64,000 nucleotides of DNA from Perna viridis. Its lineage: Eukaryota. Position 1 is the first letter of the stretch. The number at the start of each line of letters is the position of its first letter. The stretch spans positions 31,000,001 to 31,064,000 of the forward strand of contig CM074514.1 of the NCBI GenBank assembly GCA_037379345.1. The letters run 5' to 3'. This document shows positions 22,629 to 34,800 of this stretch, in pieces. The notes under the pieces were generated by a model. It did no database searches and had not been told where the DNA came from. It saw only the letters and a program-made list of their open reading frames with translations. The translations under genes and the position numbers were made by a program.

Positions 22629-25600
22629 ACAAACAAACAAACAAACAAACAAAAAATGAAAAACATATCCCCGTAAAAACCCACAGATGTAATGCTTTTT
22701 CGCCAAGAGCTGTTGAATTACATGTATAAATAGAAAATTTTATCGCACATGCCAACAACGCTTATCCATCAATCAAATTCACCCATGAAATTTCTGACAC
22801 TAAAATTACATTTTTGGATACTTCTATGTCTGTAATAGACGGTCAAATGTCAACAGTTCTTTAAAGCAAACCAACTGATAGTCACCAATACTTGTTTCCC
22901 AATAGTTGCCATCCAAAACATTGTACCAAAAGCATACCATACAATCAGGCACTCCGAATTCGGTGCATTTCATCATCTGACGATTCCTCATTCAAACGTC
23001 TGGATGAACTCCGTGTGGCTACATATCAACATACGGAGATCGGGGAATTGAACATGCTAACTACATCAGCCGAAATGATCTCCTCGAGTACAAACACAAG
23101 AAAAAGAACAAAAGGGTACCTTTTGTGCTGACTTACCATCAAGCCTTTGGGAAAACTCTCGCAGCTACTTCATTCAAATTGGGAAGCCATTCAAAAACAT
23201 CCTAATCTCTCCAAAGTCTTTTCCGAGGCACCTGTTCTGGCATTCCGTGAAACCTACGAGTCTAAGAGATGCCCTGGTAAGAGCAGAGATTTAATTTCAA
23301 CTCAAACAAAATACAACGGGCCAGTGTCAACTATGTGGAGATAAAAGATGTAAGACTTGTAAGATACTGCACACCCAACTGGAAAGGAATACGTCATTTT
23401 TGCAACGTGAATTGCAAAACCGAAAACACCATATACCTTCTCCAGTGCGATGTGGTGTGTATTACTTTGGCAAAATAGAACTACCTTTCAACAGGCGTAT
23501 GAATGGTTATCGCAGTGACTACAAATGTAAACCAGACCTTCCTCTAAGTCGCCATCTTAGATCTGCCGGACACACCCAGGAGGATCTCCACAACATTGTT
23601 GTTACGATCATAGATCATAAAAAACAATTGGTCAAAAAGTAAAAGAGTGTCCCGGGAAAGCTTTTGGATGAAAAAATTACAAACAATTTCTTCAGATGGA
23701 ATTAACGAGATAAAAATAATTCATTGTTAATAGGTTCTGGTCTTAAGCTGGTACAGCACTATGCTATACATCAATACGCCTTACTGCTACAATCTGACTT
23801 TTCTTAATTCTTTTCCACATTTAATTCATTTCTAGTTTTTGATAAAAACACCATTTGCTTATGTGTGCCTTTGATAAAGGTACAATCACCCACAGCGTGA
23901 TTCAGCTTCAGAATCAATGTTTGGATCTTGAACTTTGTTAGTGTAATGCTGAAGAAGGATATCGGTTATCCGAAATATTCAATGTAAATTTTACCATAAG
24001 TTGGTGATGTTGAACATATTTAGATGTTTATATATTTCTGTACCTGTGTACAGGTATAATATTTTTTAAAATTTTATTATTTTTTTTTTTTGGGGGGGGG
24101 GAGGCAGCTGCAGCCAGCCATGGGGTGTGAGGCTTTCTTCGACCGATGGGTGGCCTTGAACTGACATTTTTCATCCCGGTGTGGTTGTTGTCTCACTGCC
24201 ATATTCACCAGTTCCTTTTTCGTTATATTAGGCGGAGCATAACTATTCTCTCACAATTTAAGCTTCTGTTTGCCTTCAGTTGCTACGCAGACATTTCTCA
24301 TATATGCACGTACTAAGTAATTATACTTACTCAATCTTAATCCCAAAAACATACATGTATTTGTGCCAATGTGAAGAAAACCACACTAACTACTTTTCAG
24401 AAAACAATTATAGTTGTGTATTTAAGACATTAGAATATAAGATCTAAGATCTGCTGTGTTCATAAAAAAATATGAAACTAATTCGAAAATATTTTAAACA
24501 AGTAAATCTAATTATTGCATTTAAAAACTTGACAGTTGACGTGATCCACACTTCACTTGATAACATACGGAAGCGTACTAAGAACAATACAATACATACG
24601 AACATTTTAAAAACTCGAAATTTTCGACTTTTTATAAACTTCAGTTTGATTGGCGAGAGCCAATGACTTAGTACTAAGTCTTATTCTTTTTTATCGTTTA
24701 TTATACAAAATGCTATACAGAGTATAGGTTTATTGACATGGCTGGATTAATACAGCGCACATGAAATATTAACACGTACATGTAAATTAACAAAGTGAGA
24801 TATAAAATGCAATATAACAAACTACAAAGTAGTGTAAGTAATAGCAGTTCATAAATATAACAAGTAAACTCTTGTACAGAAAGTAACTTTGGATTTGAAA
24901 AGCTCTATAAATGAATATTCCAAGGATGCATAATTGTTTAAATTCTAAATTAAACAACTGCTGAGATTAGTAAACAAAAGGTTTTTATTTTTAAAAACAA
25001 GGTTTAGTGCATCTTTCTTAAACCTTGATAAAAAGGACATAAAAGTATATGATGAAATTTATCTTCAATATCACTATTTAAACGTTGACAAACACGCAAG
25101 CTCTAATAGCAAATATATGAGAAGATATTAATCTCATCTTGGTTAAGAAATTCTTTTACAATGTACATACATTTACATTTACATGATGTAGTTTTACAAC
25201 CTCGAGGAATCTTTTTCGTATACCATGATTAACCACAGTATAACTTATATATAGATATGGTTGAAGACAACACGTAGAAATCATATAATTGTTAGCGACT
25301 TCTTGCACTCGTAATTCGTATATGATTTGCATAACTATAAATTAGTATACCACCTTACGCTGCTGATCGTTGCCGTAGAACAGTCAATTCTAGCTTCATA
25401 CGAGATCAAAATGTACTTCTTAAATACTTTATGTGTACATCTTTACTAGGTGTGTTTTAGTTTGATGAGAGCAGGAAGTTGACATTAACAGATAAAATGA
25501 TCGGTTAGCATTGAACTTTCTGTAATATAGCTGAGAAACGCCTATTAAAATCTCCGAGTTGTTTTGATTGAGAAACATTCGGGTCATCATGGTTACGAAT

Positions 25601-28600
25601 GCACCCGATTATAAATAGAGCATATCGCTATGCTTGAAGTTTTCCGATTGAAGAACTGTTACGTTACACAACAAAGTTCAAAGTTCAAAAGCAAGTCGGC
25701 TCATGTAAAACATCATAACACTAGCTGTTACATGTATGAGCTTTTACAACCCAGTTGCTAGTAATGTACAAGTGTACGGTATGTCAAAAGATGTGAAATG
25801 GAAAAGAACATGAATGTATATTATTAATCAACCTTAAATCTTCAGGTTTTATTCAGCTCATTAAAATTTGTGCTTTTTTTTTAATTCTGAATCAAGTCCA
25901 TACATTTATATTGAGAAAATCTCTGACTGACTGGGAGTTTAGTTTGGTAAAACGTTGAGTTCGCCTGGATTGAAAGCAAGCTAAAATCAGTGGCATAGAA
26001 TAATTAAAGATCAGCGACTTTGAAGACCTCAATCTGTGATTATACAATGAACATTTATTAGCAGTACTTAAGTCTGCATTCTTGTAAATACAAGTGTTAG
26101 TACTTTGTTAGTACTTAGCAACCAGAAGGTAATTAAATAATAATAGAATACTTAATTGGATAGAGTGAATAACCAAAATATTATTTTGCCGAAGAACACC
26201 TAGATTTGACGAGTGTGCGGGATCTTGTTCTGAGCACGAGTTAAATCCTCAAGCGTTCTTGGATGAGTGGTCATATTTTGGTTATTCACGATAAACTATT
26301 GATTATCCTATTTATTATATAGATTTTCTTAATAATTTTTCAATATTTTTAACATGAATTTTAAATTTTGCAATTGGCGGATTGATATCAAAGTTGTGAT
26401 GTTTCGGCGGGAGAAAGTCCGGGAGTGAAATTACTGAATTTATTTCACAGTGTGAATGATCGAATTTATTACACTGGGAACATTTGATAAAGCACTGCTA
26501 TCTGTATACAATAAAGGGCATTAATGGAACCTCAATGGAACAATTGATACCCCGTCACGTAATGGTGAAGAAAGAGAACGGCACTATGTCCTAAATGACA
26601 TTATTAAAAAACAAAAAAAAAAAACAAACAAACAAACAAACAAACAAACAAACCAAAACAAAAACAAACTAAATTTTAGATTTCGTGGAATCAAGTTCAG
26701 CCCGTTTTTTTTTTTATTGTACTAAGCAGTCGTGCAAGATTTCCAAAATACAAATCATCGATCCGTTCTCATGACATCATCCGGGGAGGTCGGGGGGGGG
26801 GAGGGGGGGCTTGCAACTTCTTGGAGTGTATCACATAATACCTAAGCTCTTCGTTTTGCGGTGTATGAAAAAAAGTAGTTTTCTATGCACAGATAATGAA
26901 TATTTATCCATTTTACAATGAAACGCAACATTAGATGTCGTTGAATTGACATTCATAATTCTTTTTTAAAACTCTAAATGATTTTTTTTACATCCTGTGC
27001 ATTGTGAAAACCCCATTTCTTAGATCCAAATCACAATAAACTATTCACATACTTGACAAACAATGATAACAAAGTTTTATTATTGAAGGAAATGTTATTA
27101 ACGTTTAAGAAACTAGTGACATGAAAATTTCCGTTGTAGTTGTGTTAAGCACCTTCATAAATAGATACATTGATTGACGTCGTTATACAACAATTTGTCA
27201 TGATTTTTTTTATTTCACCACCATTTCTAAACTACAATTTTCGCGTTGCTACAGATTTACAGACTTGGACTATAAATTTAAAGACAAAGCATCGAAATAG
27301 ATAGTACGAAAATTAAAAACAGATTTTTTTTTTATTTTTTGAGGTAGAAAAGAGTCTCTCCAATTACAATAGATACGATATAAATATTGCTAAAATTCGT
27401 GAACCACCTAATTAATGTTTATTGTGCAAAGTGAAGTAAGCGTGACGACCAAACAACCATTTCAGCAACCCCCAGTTTTTAGTGGCGTCCGAGTTGCTCG
27501 TTTACTTTTGTTGCTTTGTACTAGTTTTTTTTTTGGGGTTACTTTATGTTCTTTGTTGTGTGTCTGGTCTTTGTTCCTGGATTATATTCTTTTGATTCCG
27601 CTGGAATCTTGGTTTCCTTGATTACTCTTTAAAAAAGGTGTAGTTGCTACATGTACCATACAAATATGAACTGAAAAGATCGGCATGTAAATGGTGATAC
27701 TAAAGCGTATAGTGCTGCGGACGGCTAAGGATTTTTCTAACTTTAATGGGCCTAGAAGATACACGGCTATATCATATGCCAATGGAAAGATAAATCAATG
27801 TATACACATAGTTTTTGAATATCGTTTTTTTCTAACTGAAAAGTGGTAATTTTTTTTCGCTATTTTGCATTAATTAGAGGAGGGAGTCAAAGATCAATCG
27901 ACCCCAATACACTTTGATAAGTGATTTAAGTGAAATCGTTCATTGTAGACATCGGAAAACAAGTAACATGTAAAGATCATATGTATAGAATTAAAAACAA
28001 TGTAAAAAAGAACTTTTTCCGACAAAAGTTGACTATTTAATCATAGAACAAAATTGCCCCTAAAATTGGTTGCATTTTAGTGCATTTTCAATGATTAAGG
28101 GATAATAAGATATCGTGGAATATTACAATGTATGTCTAAGTAAATTTTACTGAATAACAAATAAAATAAACACAACGTTCTCGGTTTGATCTGCAACATG
28201 GACTTTGCTAAATGAGTTTGAAGTTGCAAATTTTCACATATTTAAACTATTAATTGTACTAAAATTGTATAACACGGAATCGTTTCCGGACGATTTGTCT
28301 AGTTTTCGGTCTGTTTTATGAAGAGAGACACGTGTAATATCTAGTCTGTTTTACGTTTTGATGAAAAGACTTGAGGTTTTGAGATTTATTTTTGTACATA
28401 CAAAAATCATGCATATTTTTTGTTGTTGCATTTGTCTTTATGTGCTTGGACTTCAAATAAAACGTTAAAGATTTAACCATGAATCAGGGATTCTCAAACG
28501 AAAAATGCGACTCGGGGGTTCATGATTAGGCTGGATTTCGTAATAAATTTGACAATACATAAACTGTGAACTTTGAACTTTTCATGGAAGCATGTGCAAA

Positions 28601-31600
28601 CATGTACATGCATGTTGTCACAATATTTATGTCTTATGATGTTTAACTGTGCGCCAGGCTGATGCTTGTAATGCAATATCCACTAGAGTGGCAGATCCAC
28701 ACTGTGAAAAGAGGGTGCTAGCCGGGATTTCTCAGAAAAGGGTGTGTGTGCTAGGATATTATTTACCGTTTTTTGTCAATTTTACACATGAAAATGACAA
28801 ATTTTCCAATAAGAAAGGGGAGTGCCGATCCCATGCACCCCCTCTGGATCGGCCGCTGCTGTAAACGGATTATACTAAACGAGTCGATAAAAACAAACCA
28901 GATTCCTGTAAAACTTCTGGCGCAATAAGAAGAAAGAAGTTCAGATGCAATAAAAACTTCTAAGATTTTTTACCTCTCAAAAAGACTCCAGTTTTGGTAG
29001 CCGTATGAACAGGACACAATGGTAACATAGTTGTTATAGAATATTAGTTCAAAGGTAACATCATTGTCCAGGCCAGGGGCGGATCAAGACTATTAAAATA
29101 GGAAGGCTATGATCAAGACTTTTGAAAACAGGGGATGCAATCTATGGTTTGCTATATTTACTGTTTATAAACTTACTTTTTTTGCGATGTAAACATACAT
29201 GCACAGAGCAGTTGTAGTAAGTGGTTTGTGCATTGAATTGTGCGTTACTTCTGTTGTCGTATCTTGACATGGTAGAAAAGTTGTTTTGAACATTTACAAT
29301 GTCATAATATCAATTTTCGGGCAGCTTTATCTTGTCTGTCTGCTTCACGCAAAGAATAAATAGGTGAGCCACTTTATGGTTCACTCTAATGCTGATTTGT
29401 TATAATCTAAATACCAATAAGAATTAAACTGAATATGGGATCACAACTGTAAAAGCATATTCGCTACCATAGGGTTACGGTCTTGCCCCTTCCCTTCACG
29501 CAATGGGAGGGGGAGGGCAGGACCGTAACACTTGCCTAACGAAGATGCTGTAAAATCTAGGAATCGGAAATAAGCCATTCATAACTTGGAAACTTTTCAT
29601 CGGTCTATATGATAGTAAAGGACAATTTTATTTGAAATAATCCATTTACAAAAAAAATCTTTGTAACATTTTCTTTTTCACCGTCATATACTAGATTACT
29701 TTTAAGCAATGCCAGAGTTTTCATCCTTCGTTTAAACCGGAATGACATCATTTATGCAAGAACAGATCGACGGGCGCTTAAGAAAAATCTGAGAAAAGGC
29801 TTTCTAATTAATATCCTATTAACGAACCTGGTCCAACCCAAGTTTTTGTTATTAAGCCTGGCTTGCTAATTCATTCTTTAAATTATGTATGTTTTTCTTA
29901 TGACTATTTTTGTATTTTTGGTTCTTTGTCTTGACTGTGAATATCCTATTCTTCAATCCAATTTCCTCAAAACGAAAATTGTTGAGCGGTCGATTATTGA
30001 ATGACAGAAAAAAATAGGTCAAACTTTTATTTATCTGCTCAAAGACCACTTAAAATATTGACCAAGTCAAAAACAAGTTACTTTGGATAACGTTCATGCT
30101 TTTCTGCTGTTCCAACAGTTCGAAAACAGAACAAGTTGTCCGGAAAATGATTTCGTACTTTACAATTTTAGTATAATTAGTCGTTAAAATATGTGAAAAT
30201 TTGCAACTTCAAACACATTTTGTAAAGCTCATGTTGCAGATCGAATCGAGAACGTTGTGTTTATTTTATTGTTATTCATTCAATTTGACATGCAGTTTGT
30301 ATGACACAATTTTTCAGAAAAAGTGGTTTACCGATCTGGGAATCATTGTCATGGACAAACTTTTTGGGGTACTCGACTGCTACTCTGAAAGATACAGACG
30401 ATTGATGAATTTGAATGGTCAAATTGACAAATCAAGCAACATAAATTGACGATTCTCTGCCAAGATTTGAGTCCGTAAAATAATGATAAAAGTGAAATGA
30501 CTCAATCAAGACATTTCGAGTTAGTTAAAAGAAAAAAAATGGGTTTATAAAAGTCGAAATTTCCAATTTTCATAACATCCATGGCTTATACACCTACATG
30601 GATTGAATACAAGACAAATGACGCCAAATGAGCTTGGAATCAAACTTACAACCGAAACACCTTTGTACGTAGATGATACACGACGTTTGAAATCAACGTG
30701 ATATTTATTGATTTCCAATTGTAAACTTCCCCTTCCTCAATGGCAATATACCAACAATCCTAGCCTATACATTTCACAGTTGACCTGTTATTGTAATTCG
30801 TGTGATTCATACACTGCCTTTCTTAGTAAAGCGAAATAGTCAAATAAGCTTCGATGACATGGATTATTATGTTCATTTTTTCTTGATATCACCACTATGT
30901 AAGTGTAATGGACGTCATCACAATTTAATTGACAAATATTAATGGCCAAAGGCCCCCCCTTCATAGATATACATATAGCCTTTATGTACATGTAACGTTT
31001 GATACATTTTGTAGAAGACATTATTTTAAGTAGCACTCCAGATAAGCATCATGCAAAATGTGATTCATGGCTTGAAAGCCTACATACTTTTATTTCTGAT
31101 ATTTTACTTAAAATGTTATTGTAAACAGAAATTAATTTAACTATTGTACTAAGGAGATAAAAATGTAGAAATGTATTGCAGAATTTAAAATTAAATGAGA
31201 TAACTCTGTAAATGACACTTAAATACAATAGAAACTGTTGGATTTTCCATGTGGATACCTCTTTAGAGCAGACAGATTGGAATTATACATTTCATCATAT
31301 AGACCTATAAAGTAACTTAATATCAAAAATAAAAATGTGTAGCCTTTTTTTGTGGAAAGGGGGTGGGGGTAATCACATATTACAGAATTTGCATGATTCT
31401 TACACGGAATGGTACTTAACCTTTTGATTCAGCTGATACTCAGAGCTATAATTAGTTCAACAGGAAAGCAGATATTTAAGTCCTTGTAAGTTTTTAATTT
31501 CTTTTACAGCTAAACTCCAGATAGCACAAGTGTTCGGGAGCATCGGATTGGCGTTCTACATTCTTTTTGTACTGTCTAGTGCACTTAGCATATTTTGGAC

Positions 31601-33261
31601 GAAAAAATGGAAATTTGCCAGGTTAATAAAATTTTCAGTTGTGGTTTTTGCAGGACTAGCAGGTATTTATAAGATATAATTATAGTGATACAAAGTGTAG
31701 TAATTCATTACATAATTCAAAGGTCTCCGTTTATTAATTTATCATTAAGTGTCACTACACAATGAAATATTATGCATTCTATTTTAGTGTTATCTCTGGT
31801 TATTATTAGCCGTTTTTGTTTTGTTTTGTACATTCACAAGTCGTTCGTTCTACTACCATTTCCTCAATGATAAGAAATCAAGTTGATAAATAAAATGCTC
31901 ATGTCGTATGCATATATTATAGATAAGGTCAGACAAATCAATCAAGCGTGTTTCTATTCTTTTTGTTCTGATGCTTATAGATTCAAAAGTTTTATGATTT
32001 GGAAATCAGGTGTGGACGTACAATTGAATATTAATGACAAAAATCGTATTTTTTAGCGTTTGGTGTTATCGCCTGTTTGGTTATTTACAAAGTCGACCGA
32101 GAAAGTAAGAATTCGACTTTATCATCATCATGGTTTCTTGCTTTGGTCAGTGCTGTGATCGCTATCGTTGCTGCACCTTTTTACTTCATAGACGCATTGA
32201 GAACCATTGAACAAAAGGAAAAAACAACAGATAAGAAAACAATAAACAACATACCACCATTTGAACAAGTACAGCCTATGCGTTTTTCTCAGGGGAGGTC
32301 ATTTAATGATTCAGATGAAGTGTCAAATATAAAAAGTACAAGACCGCCACTTTTGAACGAGTTAAAGAGGTACAGGACATCTTTCCTACATCCACCTCCT
32401 AAACCACCGAAAAACACGGTAATAACAGAAAAAGAAATCGAGTCATTGCCCTTACCACCATCGCTCACCAAGCTGGATCTTTATGATAAAGGAGAAACTG
32501 AGGGTCACCCATCTCCTGCACCTCCACCGAACAAAACTGACACTGATAGTGGAATTTCAGGAGATGACGTAAGCAGGAGCTCAAAATGGTCGTCAGAATC
32601 TCAAAAGAATGAAGACAATGGACATAGCGTGTTTAAATTTCATAAGACAAACACTATACACAAATACGGCAAAACGTTTTTGAAGATTCAAAACGAGAAG
32701 GCGGACGAAAAGCTTCCTCCGGTTATGATGATAATGCCCGGAAATGACGTAGAAGAAACCGAGGAAGACAAAGCGCGTCGAAGCTTGGATTTACAACAAC
32801 AATTAAAGTTAGAAGAAGAAGAGGCACGAACAAATTATAATGTTTATTTCGACGAAACGAAAATAGAGACAATTACATTGGACAATACGAAAATAAATGT
32901 ACCTGGTAATCCCAAAAAGAAAGTCAAACAGACCAAAAGTGAAAAACAAAAGTCCGAATTGCAAAAGAAGCGACAATCGGAGATAACAGGAGCTTATGAA
33001 AGTACTACGAAAAAGGAAGAAAACAAAGACACGAAAGGAAACAAAAGTAATAAGAAGATAACAAATGAAAAATCGAAGAAAAGCTACTTCAAAAAGCAAA
33101 ATAAAGGTGAGTCGAAAGAAAGATTGGAGAACGAAAGAAACATCGAGGAGAAAATAGGCGAAGACGATGACAAAGGCGATTCTGATTTATATAAATCGAC
33201 AGAAGAAAACTGGGGACAATTTGCCCACCAAGATGCGCTAACTATTCACAACGTAGAGTGA
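21788..33261 (+). CDS. Claudin/PMP22/EMP-superfamily-like four-TM protein with a long disordered C-terminal tail, about 518 aa
   Basis: Exons 21788-21986, 31510-31662 and 32057-33261 (phase 1/1, 1557 nt). TM1 is followed by W...EGLW; exon 2 carries TM2/TM3; SSSWFLAL leads into TM4. A small additional exon in the 9.5-kb intron cannot be excluded. Confidence 0.75.
21938..22200 (+). repeat. Tandem repeat, four ~66-bp units spanning the exon 1 end and splice donor
   Basis: Units start at 21938, 22004, 22070 and 22139: CATGATTGGCAAGAACAGTTTTCGTTATGGCCAGACCATTTAAAAACGG|GTAAGTTTGAACTTAAC. Confidence 0.92.
22730..24030 (+). mobile_element. 5'-truncated Penelope-like element (Neptune-type: RT thumb plus C-terminal GIY-YIG endonuclease), decayed
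   Basis: PSIKFTHE...ITFLD...KPTDSHQYL..NSCHPKH..KSIPYNQALRIR; Cys-rich linker; YYFGK...FNRRMNGYRS; RESFWMKKLQT...GINE. Contains stops and frameshifts. Confidence 0.88.
23942..23986 (+). ncRNA. Candidate minimal type I hammerhead ribozyme (PLE-type)
   Basis: CUGAAGA (23949-23955), A, stem II GGAUA/UAUCC with loop UCGGU, GAAA (23972-23975), palindromic AUAU stem III and an AUU cleavage triplet. Stem I is weak. Located about 240 nt after the end of the PLE ORF. Confidence 0.6.
26165..26289. repeat. Imperfect palindrome, Crypton-like element end
   Basis: GTGAATAACCAAAATAT / ATATTTTGGTTATTCAC arms around a partly self-complementary core. Confidence 0.5.
28687..28861. mobile_element. Small MITE with (C)AGTGGCGGATCC-type termini (related ends at about 29073, 41160 and 43474)
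   Basis: AGTGGCAGATCCA ... CTGGATCGGCCGCTG inverted termini. Confidence 0.55.
29458..29547. repeat. Short fold-back (palindromic) element
   Basis: Core GTTACGGTCTTGCCC / GGGCAGGACCGTAAC (29474-29529) with degenerate outer arms. Confidence 0.6.
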
Positions 33262-33559
33262 AACATTATGGTACGAATCTGTAATATGTATTGTACCAAT
33301 GCTATATCGTTTTGTGTGCTTTTCTTGTTTGACTCTTTACTTTCCAAACATTTTTATAGAGACTGAATAATGCTCAAAATATTATCATCACATGCGATAT
33401 GTCATTTTTAAACGTTACTGTCTTGTTAAAATATTTTTGTAGGTTGTGTTTGTACTTATTATGTTATATGCTGTGTTATTAAATCTGTCTCAAATTATCC
33501 GGTTATGGTATCAATTGTATTTGTTTGAATTCTTGTCAAAAGCTGTGTCAAAGAGTTAT

Positions 33560-34800
33560 CACGGGAATCAAGATTCTATCGGAAATCAGAAGAATGTAAT
33601 CCAGGGACAAAGGCCAGACATGGAAAACAGACACACACAACAAAGAACATAAATTAGCCCAAAAAAAATCCAAAAAAATCTAGTACAAAGCAACAGAAGT
33701 AAATTATCAACTCAGACTTGGCTGTCGCGGTAACTTCACTTTTCAAAATCAACATTAATTAGGTCATTCTTGAATTTTTCACGAAAACAATACATACAAA
33801 GTAACAGAAGTAAATGAGCAACTCGGACTCCACTAAAAACTGGGAGCATGGACTGGGTGCATCGGTAGGTTACGCGTCCTCTGCTTTTCTGGAGACAACC
33901 TCCGAGGTGCTCATAAAAAAGTCAAGTCCAGGTTAGACGAAAGAGGGAAGAAAAACTACGACACGTTGAACAAATCGGTTTTCATGGAGCAGATGGACAC
34001 ACCATAACGATCCACCAGTTCATGATGACGACAATAAAGCTTCTGAAGCGGCGACTTCAATCTAAATGTCTGCATAATTACATGTACGTCGAGTTCTGGC
34101 ATAACGAATGAGTTGTGATATGAAAACTCCATACGCAGGTGCTGAAGGGATGTCGCCACAGATGAAACTTTAGGGAAAGTTGACATTACGGAATGAAACG
34201 TCTTCGTGTTTGTCGTATATAGTTTGGTCAAAAGTTTTTCTTTATCATCGATCTCTAAGTTTAGGTCAAAATATCCTGTAGTATTTTTATCTCAAGTTCT
34301 TTGAGGTAGATGCGATGTATAACATTCCCGAAACTAGGATTGTTTATCGATAGTAGGTACGTCATCTATGAAACTGGGATTAAAGGATCTAGCTGAAAGA
34401 TGTTCTTTCTTTTTGGATCAGATCAGCAGCTATAAAGTCGGCCTAATAAGTGAAGGAATAAGTCAGCTGGTGGAGGAGCACAATTTGTTCCCATTGGAAT
34501 CCCGACCGCTTGTTGAAAAACGCATCCATCACACTGGACAAATATGTCGTCGATCAATTTCAAAATTCTCTTAGGTATATTTGGGAAGATGATTTGGAAT
34601 TGTTTTTTTACAAAGTATGAAGAATCTCTACCAAGAACTACCTATATTTGTATCTAGGTGTACCGTCTTTTTTGAAGTAACAACGATGTATAATGTTTTT
34701 GGGTCAGGATTTTAACTGAGTATGGGGAAGTATTCTCACCTTGTCGGTTTAATTTGTTCGTACTTCCCCGTTTCATCATCGCCAGCAGTGGCAAGATTTG
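33560..34800 (-). mobile_element. Decayed Penelope-like element (Naiad-like, RT at the C-terminus) with a partly duplicated tail
   Basis: Minus strand GIPMGTNCAP (about 34475-34503), IDDV, and RLKSPLQKLYCRHHELVDRYGVS followed directly by the tail repeat. Further fragments at about 9300-9520, 30690-30800, 36470-36860 and 57612-57900. Confidence 0.8.

Noticed and set aside
32289-33099. Antisense ORFs over real exons (also 9517-9831, 12925-13134, 17395-17577, 45033-45278, 46755-46979)
   Set aside because: Shadows of the coding strand with no independent features.
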